From Thermodesulfobacteriota bacterium (lineage in GTDB: Bacteria; Desulfobacterota_D; UBA1144; Nemesobacterales; UBA2774): DNA of 64,000 bases. The notes under the pieces were generated by a model. That model did not search any database, was not told the origin of the DNA, and saw only the letters and a list, made by a program, of their open reading frames with translations. This document shows, piece by piece, positions 58,018 to 64,000 of this stretch. Within the stretch, counting starts at the first letter, position 1. Each line of letters starts with the position of its first letter. Made by a program: the position numbers and the translations under genes. The stretch is from the NCBI GenBank assembly GCA_965216785.1, contig OZ244197.1, positions 608,001-672,000 of the forward strand, written 5' to 3'.

Positions 58018-59028
58018 TTGGAAAACGGAGATATGAAATATGTAGCGGCCTCAGTGCAGATGGCGCCGGTATTTTTAAATAAAGATGAAACTATAGGGAA
58101 GGTTGTTAGCCTAATTGAAGAAGCTTCTGCAGAGGGTGCAAGCCTGATAGTGTTCCCTGAAGCAACTGTACCGGGGTACCCCTACTGGCCCAAGGACCTT
58201 GGCACACCTGAGGGAAGAAAGCTCATAATCGACGCTTATACTGAACTTCACTCAAACTCGGTTGAGATCCCGGATGAAGATACAGACAAACTGTGCATGG
58301 CCGCGAAGAAAGCCGGGGCCTATGTCATTATAGGCGTAAATGAAAAAGAGGGCGGGACACTCTACAATACAATCCTATATATCGACAGTAGCGGAGAGAT
58401 TCTCGGAAAGCATAGAAAGCTCATGTCCATAGACAGTGAGAAATGTATTTGGGCAAACGGCGGGGCTGAGGACTTGTGCGTATTTAATACCGAGATAGGC
58501 AACCTGGGTGGGTTCTTCTGCTACGAGCACCACCTTACGCTCGCAAAATACGCAATGTACCAAAAGGGCGAGCAGATACACGCAGGGCTTTGGGCGGGAC
58601 ACGGTTTCGTGAAGCCCACAATGGACTTTGCGAGCCGTCAGTACGCTTTTGAGGGACAGGTGTTTGTGATAGCATCATCAGGATATATAAATGAAAGCAT
58701 GATCCCTGACAGCTTCGCTCTTAAAAAAAATACTCTATGGGATTTTCCGGGAGGAAGCGGCATTATAAACCCGAGAGGTGAGTATATCGCGGGACCTGTA
58801 TATGATCATGAGGACATCGTATACGCGGACATAGATACAAATTTGATATTAAGAGCTAAGGCGGCGATAGACTCCACGGGGCATTTTTCAAGGCCCGATA
58901 TTCTGAAACTCAATATAAGTGAGAGCGGGGACGGCGAAGAAACGCAAGATAAGCTTGATTCACTCAAGGAGAGCATCGATAATCTTAATGAGAGGATATT
59001 GAGTCTTGAGGATAAGCTCGAGAGCTGA
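58018..59028 (+). CDS. Nitrilase (second copy) with C-terminal coiled coil
   Basis: FPE; GYPYW; HRKL; FFCYEH; DSTGHFSRPD. Confidence 0.9.
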   Translation: MENGDMKYVAASVQMAPVFLNKDETIGKVVSLIEEASAEGASLIVFPEATVPGYPYWPKDLGTPEGRKLIIDAYTELHSNSVEIPDEDTDKLCMAAKKAGAYVIIGVNEKEGGTLYNTILYIDSSGEILGKHRKLMSIDSEKCIWANGGAEDLCVFNTEIGNLGGFFCYEHHLTLAKYAMYQKGEQIHAGLWAGHGFVKPTMDFASRQYAFEGQVFVIASSGYINESMIPDSFALKKNTLWDFPGGSGIINPRGEYIAGPVYDHEDIVYADIDTNLILRAKAAIDSTGHFSRPDILKLNISESGDGEETQDKLDSLKESIDNLNERILSLEDKLES

Positions 59029-59065
59029 AGCGCAAACAATTAGAGAGCGCATGTGTATTTATAAA

Positions 59066-60616
59066 TCACCCATCGCCGTTAACGGAACTGATTAAGTCCT
59101 GTTTTAAGTCCCAGAGTTTTTGAGATACGGATACGTGATAAATATGGGGGTTCATTATACGCTTTACACCCAAGTCCAGCCTGTCCATATCCCTTGATCT
59201 AACCTCTCTTATTTCCTCTATTGATGGAAAATCGTAGACGAGCTCGCCTTTGTCTAGAATCTTCACTAACAGAGGCTCTACAGCACTGACTTGATCCTGT
59301 GCGAGTGCCCTGTGCTTTGAATGGTCGATTGGGTGGCGGAGAACGATCTCCTTTGACCCCTCAGGGCTAGGCTCATCCACTGTGAGTAGGTCTGCCGTAG
59401 CGCGACCCCTTTTATCATAGATGCGAAAGACTTGCTTGTTTCCGGGATTAAGGGTTTTAAGCGGAGTCTCAGACAGCTTAATGGCCGGAGCCCAGCCCGC
59501 GCCGTCTTTTACGGAAACAAGCTTGTACACGCCGTCCAAAGCAGAGCACCCCTCAGAGGTAATGAGCCTTGTACCGACTCCGTACACCAGGCGGTCAATA
59601 AGTTTTTCCGGGTCGAGCCCGTAGCGAGGGGCCTCTTCCTCAACCTGGGTGATGATCTGCCATATCACAAGCTCGTCAAGCTGGTTTGAAAGAACGATTT
59701 TGGTATCGGGAAAACCTGCCTCGTTTAACATCTTGGCTGCCTGAATGCTTAAGAAAGCAAGATCGCCCGAGTCAAGCCTTATTCCTATAGGCTCATGCCC
59801 TTTGGCCCTGAGCTCGTTAAACACTGTCACGGCATTGGGAATACCGCTCTCAAGTGTATTAAACGTGTCCACTAACAAAAGGCAATCATCGGGGTAGAGC
59901 TCGGCGTATGCCCTGAAAGCACTGAGCTCGCCTCCACCTAAAGCCATGAATGCCTGAACCATGCTATGGGCATGTGTGCCCTTGGGCGCGTAACCGAGAG
60001 CGCGAGAGATGCTTACACACGATGAGAAGTCGGCGCCTCCGATGAGCGCAGCCCTGACCCCGGCGTTCACCCCCGAGTCCTGACCCCGGCGCATGCCGAA
60101 TTCAAGAATAGAGTTCCCGCGCGCGGCCTCCTTTATACGCATTGCTTTTGTAGCAATGAGCGTCTGATAATTTAATTTGTTTAGAAGAGCAGACTCTAAG
60201 ATCTGTCCCATGGCTAAAGGACCCCTTATCACGGTTAAAGGTGTGTTCGGGTGAACAACCCTGCCCTCGGGGATCGAGTACAATGTTATCTCTCTAAAAT
60301 TACCGTTTCCTTTTAACCAGGCGAGAAAGTCATCCTTAAAAATTCTCTCACCGGTAGATCCTGTTTGACTACGCAGATACTCTATTTCTCCATCGCCGAA
60401 CGAGCTTTCCACAACCCAGTCAACCAGGGTTTCAAGCCCGGCGTTTATGCAATAACCCGCTTTATGTAAGCCGTAATCTGGGTAGCTGCGGAAAAAATGG
60501 TCGAATTGAGCCTCCTTCTCGTGAATACCCATCGTGAAATACAGCTGAGCCATAGTCAGCTGGTACTGATCCGTGAATAAGATTCCGTCCTCTGATTTAT
60601 ATAATTCTTTGCTCAT
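59066..60616 (-). CDS. pncB: Nicotinate phosphoribosyltransferase
   Basis: [10 protein letters not shown]; EFGMRR; GTHAHS; LLVDT; IRLDSGDL; GVYKL. Confidence 0.95.
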   Translation of the reverse strand: MSKELYKSEDGILFTDQYQLTMAQLYFTMGIHEKEAQFDHFFRSYPDYGLHKAGYCINAGLETLVDWVVESSFGDGEIEYLRSQTGSTGERIFKDDFLAWLKGNGNFREITLYSIPEGRVVHPNTPLTVIRGPLAMGQILESALLNKLNYQTLIATKAMRIKEAARGNSILEFGMRRGQDSGVNAGVRAALIGGADFSSCVSISRALGYAPKGTHAHSMVQAFMALGGGELSAFRAYAELYPDDCLLLVDTFNTLESGIPNAVTVFNELRAKGHEPIGIRLDSGDLAFLSIQAAKMLNEAGFPDTKIVLSNQLDELVIWQIITQVEEEAPRYGLDPEKLIDRLVYGVGTRLITSEGCSALDGVYKLVSVKDGAGWAPAIKLSETPLKTLNPGNKQVFRIYDKRGRATADLLTVDEPSPEGSKEIVLRHPIDHSKHRALAQDQVSAVEPLLVKILDKGELVYDFPSIEEIREVRSRDMDRLDLGVKRIMNPHIYHVSVSQKLWDLKQDLISSVNGDG

Positions 60617-60741
60617 TGGAATATGAATTGCAGCTTAAACTATTATAGCCAAGATTCAATAATATCTAAATATAGGGCAAAATAGCCTTAAATCCCCAGA
60701 ATGTAACAATTTTGGGTACTTGTGGAAAAAATAAATATGTA

Positions 60742-60770
60742 TTGACAATATTCGAATTTACCTTTAAAAT
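60742..60770 (+). promoter_or_regulatory. sigma70 promoter
   Basis: TTGACA-17-TAAAAT. Confidence 0.7.
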
Positions 60771-60841
60771 TTTGTTATAATGCTATCATTGGAGGGAACT
60801 GCGTACTAATATTTGTCAGTTTGCGGTGAGAATATAGCAAA

Positions 60842-61351
60842 ATGGAAACTATCGGGAAAGTTCTAAGTTTAACACTGCTCATTATATTCGGCTCGGCGGC
60901 AGCTACCGTTTATCTGGTCGACTCTGACTTTTTTCCTGCATTACTTGAAAAAACACCTATAGTATATACTTCGGATATAGATACAAACGAGCGAGAACCG
61001 ATAGATGAAACGCTTGATATTGGTAACCAGTCTGAATACAGAAAGCTAAATAGTGAGAGTTATTTTGAAGTATCGACTGTTGATAGCCCCGATAACAATA
61101 GAGTAAACGATGCTATATGGGGACAAAACTACGATACGGCGAAATTGGCTGATAAGCAAAAGTCCGACCGGGCTATGTATCTGGCCAGCGTGAATTCGCT
61201 CTCCTCCCTTAAAGAGAGCTTAAGACACTGGAATGCACAGTATAAAAGGGCTCGTAGCCAGGGTCAGTCGCGAACTGCAAATCTGGCGTACTCAAACTAT
61301 AGGGATTACGAAAAAGCAATAGAGATAAAAAGAAAAACAGGCGCTAAGTAG
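60842..61351 (+). CDS. Hypothetical protein with N-terminal membrane anchor
   Basis: 169-aa ORF, one hydrophobic segment, own promoter. Confidence 0.65.
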   Translation: METIGKVLSLTLLIIFGSAAATVYLVDSDFFPALLEKTPIVYTSDIDTNEREPIDETLDIGNQSEYRKLNSESYFEVSTVDSPDNNRVNDAIWGQNYDTAKLADKQKSDRAMYLASVNSLSSLKESLRHWNAQYKRARSQGQSRTANLAYSNYRDYEKAIEIKRKTGAK

Positions 61352-61435
61352 GAATAGCTAACAATCTTTGAGTTCAGCTCCCCCTTAATGCAGGAAAATA
61401 ATCTAAATACAATCACCTGACTTAGGCTGTTATTT

Positions 61436-62215
61436 TTATAGCAGCAAGAATAGCTTTGTAAGGAAAAAGTCGCCGATAATAATCAGAAGTAGCGCTATAA
61501 CCACTGTGGATGTCGTGGCTCTACCCACTCCCTGGGTACCGCCCTCGGCCCTCATGCCGATATAGCAGCCGGTGATGGCGACTATAATCCCGAAGAAAAA
61601 GGTCTTGGATATACCGCTTACGAAGTCTGAAATGGTAACCCACTCAAGGATTGTCGAGATGAAAAGAGCGGGTTTAACATCAAGGTCTATATTGGACATA
61701 ATCATAGCGCCAAATATACCCGCGAAGTCAGCGATGATGGCGAGAAACGGGAATGAAATTATCGCGGCTATCAGTCTTGGAGCGACAAGCTTTTTAATAG
61801 GGTCTGCTCCGAGCGTGCTTATTGCGTCAATCTGCTCTGTTACTTTCATAGAGCCTATCTCCGCAGTGATGCCGGAACCCACTCTACCGCCTACAAGCAG
61901 GGACGTAACCACGGGTCCCAATTCCCGGACGAACGACAGAGACACCACAGGACCGACAACACCTTTTGCGCCGAACCACGCAAACCCCCAAGCGAGCTGC
62001 ACGACCATGACCATTCCTATGGCCATAGCGGAAGCGATGACAATGGGAATGGACTTAAAACCGATTTCATCTATCTGCTCTATAATAAGTTTGAAGTTGA
62101 ACGGACGGGTGATGCTCGCGAACACAGAACGATAGAAAAAGAGCCCGATCTCGCCCAAGCGCTCGATTGAAGTAACGAAATATGATCCTAGTCTGACAAT
62201 ATAATCTGCAATCAT
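61436..62215 (-). CDS. mlaE: MlaE-family ABC permease
   Basis: RELGPV; GRVGSGITAEIGSMKVTEQIDA; GVGRATT. Confidence 0.93.
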   Translation of the reverse strand: MIADYIVRLGSYFVTSIERLGEIGLFFYRSVFASITRPFNFKLIIEQIDEIGFKSIPIVIASAMAIGMVMVVQLAWGFAWFGAKGVVGPVVSLSFVRELGPVVTSLLVGGRVGSGITAEIGSMKVTEQIDAISTLGADPIKKLVAPRLIAAIISFPFLAIIADFAGIFGAMIMSNIDLDVKPALFISTILEWVTISDFVSGISKTFFFGIIVAITGCYIGMRAEGGTQGVGRATTSTVVIALLLIIIGDFFLTKLFLLL

Positions 62216-62217
62216 TT

Positions 62218-62760
62218 TTACAACACTCTGAACTGCGAGGTGAAAGTCTTAAATTCCCCGTACCCGGTATCAAAGCTATCAGGAGAGGAGGCGTATGTAA
62301 AATCGTATATACAGCTCCCCTTTTTAAATACCAGAGTCGCAATCTTTATAGGCACGTTTTCATATGTACCCGTGTACACACTATAAAGAGCCGGCTGAGC
62401 ATCAATTAGCGCCTCTTCTCTAGATTCAAGCTCTTTAGCCTTAATCCCAATTAGTAGAGATTCCGATAAAACAGGTAGGTGGTACTTCACCTTTTTCCCG
62501 TCGCAATCCGAGTTAATGGTGATCGTAGCTTTGAGCCCGCCATTTTGGAAAACAAGGTCGCCGCCATCTACATCCTCCCTATTCCAGCCCGCCGGCAGCG
62601 TTCCTATACTGTAAGAGGTATCATCCGTTCTGTATATATTGCCGCTCAGCTCGCCGTTGTTATCATTGCCTGAGGACACATAGTACCCTACGAACCTGGT
62701 TACCGAGCAAGAGGTCAGAAACATAACGGATATAATTATACAAATAATCAGCCTGTTCAT
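62218..62760 (-). CDS. Hypothetical lipoprotein co-transcribed with mlaE
   Basis: Lipobox LTSC; 2-nt gap to mlaE; CIYDFTY. Confidence 0.7.
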   Translation of the reverse strand: MNRLIICIIISVMFLTSCSVTRFVGYYVSSGNDNNGELSGNIYRTDDTSYSIGTLPAGWNREDVDGGDLVFQNGGLKATITINSDCDGKKVKYHLPVLSESLLIGIKAKELESREEALIDAQPALYSVYTGTYENVPIKIATLVFKKGSCIYDFTYASSPDSFDTGYGEFKTFTSQFRVL

Positions 62761-62927
62761 TTTTACAATTAGATCTTTGAGCTATATTTACCGCACACAA
62801 AAACGAGGTCAAAAGCAACTTACATTATTATAATGGCGGGTTTTCAATAATACTTGAATCTCCCTAAAAAACCAAGCATCTAAAACCCCGATAAGAAACT
62901 TAGCCCCAAGGACATTTAAATAGGATA

Positions 62928-63191
62928 ATGAGTACGATTACAATTTATACAACTTCATTTTGCATTTACTGCTACTCGGCCAGGAGGCTTCTTAAAAAAA
63001 GAGGGTATGAATTTAAGGAGCTGAACATAGGACGGTACCCGGAGCTCAGAGACAAGCTTATTGAAAAATACAGTTGGAGAACTCTGCCTATTATTACTGT
63101 AAACGACCGTTTGGTCGGTGGATATAGTGAGCTCGCAGAGCTTGAGAGAAGCGGCGGGATTAAATCATTGCTATCTAAAAACTCTGAATAG
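62928..63191 (+). CDS. Glutaredoxin (GrxC-like)
   Basis: IYTTSFCIYC; TLPII; VGGY. Confidence 0.88.
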   Translation: MSTITIYTTSFCIYCYSARRLLKKRGYEFKELNIGRYPELRDKLIEKYSWRTLPIITVNDRLVGGYSELAELERSGGIKSLLSKNSE

Positions 63192-63261
63192 AAAATAAGA
63201 ACATAAACTCAATCTCACGTTATTTGACTCACATAAGTCTCTAATTTAACATTACACCCCC

Positions 63262-64000
63262 ATGACAGTCAGAACTAGGTTTGCACCAAGCCCTACGGGC
63301 TCGCTTCATATCGGTGGAGCAAGGACAGCTATATTCAATTGGCTTTATGCGCGCCACGCGGGCGGGAGCTTTGTGCTGCGCATCGAGGACACTGACCGGG
63401 CAAGATCCACACAGGATTCTATAGACGAGATACTGGACGCTATGGAGTGGCTCGGGCTTGACTGCGACGAGGGCCCTTACAGACAATCGGATAGATTGGA
63501 GATTTACAGAGAGCACGCCGAGAAACTTCTTGAGTCGGGCAGGGCGTACAAATGCTATGTCACACCTGAGGAACTCGATTTGAAACGAAAAAAGGCTCAG
63601 GAGCAGGGCGGTGTGTTCAGGTATGACCGCAAATGGGCAGAAGAGAACGCAGGGCCTGACAAACCCTATGCAATCAGGCTGTTAACGCCGGACGAGGGAA
63701 CGATAGAGGTAGACGACCAACTTCGGGGGAAGATCAGCTTCGATGCGAGCGATGTGGACGACTTCGTAATACTTAAAATGGACGGGTATCCCACATACCA
63801 TTTCGCAGTCGTCGTAGACGATACTCTCATGAATATAACCAACATTATACGAGGTGATGACCACCTTATAAATACACCCAGACAGAAACTCATATATGAA
63901 GCGCTCTCTTATAAAATGCCCCAAATGGCCCATGTATCTATGATTCTGGGCGCGGACGGCAAGAGGCTCTCAAAGAGGCACGGAGCTACATCGGTCACAG
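63262..64000 (+). CDS. gltX: Glutamate--tRNA ligase (runs off the window edge)
   Basis: Not in the ORF track. Hand translation gives [44 protein letters not shown]. Confidence 0.96.
   Translation, partial: MTVRTRFAPSPTGSLHIGGARTAIFNWLYARHAGGSFVLRIEDTDRARSTQDSIDEILDAMEWLGLDCDEGPYRQSDRLEIYREHAEKLLESGRAYKCYVTPEELDLKRKKAQEQGGVFRYDRKWAEENAGPDKPYAIRLLTPDEGTIEVDDQLRGKISFDASDVDDFVILKMDGYPTYHFAVVVDDTLMNITNIIRGDDHLINTPRQKLIYEALSYKMPQMAHVSMILGADGKRLSKRHGATSVT

Noticed and set aside
15243-60729. DnaA-box-like 9-mers (15243, 23469, 57858, 60721, plus some inside genes) as oriC
   Set aside because: They are single and scattered, with no cluster and no dnaA gene.

Overview
Gene-dense chromosomal window from a Gram-negative bacterium. 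It encodes MlaE, YidC and a SurA-like protein. The MXAN_5808-like S41 protease, GMC/gamma-subunit pair and acidic Cys-rich surface proteins suggest a deltaproteobacteria-like lineage, possibly Ca. Dadabacteria; this is inference only. Housekeeping genes include thiI, truA, leuB, mfd, groES/EL, tsaC, lepA, pgm/algC, trpEG, tadA, rpmH-rnpA-yidD-yidC-jag, pncB and partial gltX. Accessory catabolic genes include two nitrilases, an ILVBL/HACL-like ThDP enzyme, two paralogous acyl-CoA ligases and an LLM oxidoreductase. I saw no tRNA, rRNA, CRISPR array, integrase or transposase. The best candidate for an undescribed system is the 3.5-7.0 kb locus. It holds two paralogous secreted proteins that share a core domain. 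One carries a ~250-aa inserted domain, a PTTAP linker and a Cys-containing C-terminal sorting signal. They are preceded by duplicated sigma70 promoters and a leader with four SD motifs, and lie near a C-terminal-processing protease and a TMTC-like glycosyltransferase. Other leads are an orphan ~150-nt sRNA candidate at 23.3-23.45 kb, a possible nitrile -> acyl-CoA -> ThDP-lyase route with non-canonical ligases, and apparently leaderless core genes. All functional calls come from motif recognition by eye; no database searches were run.
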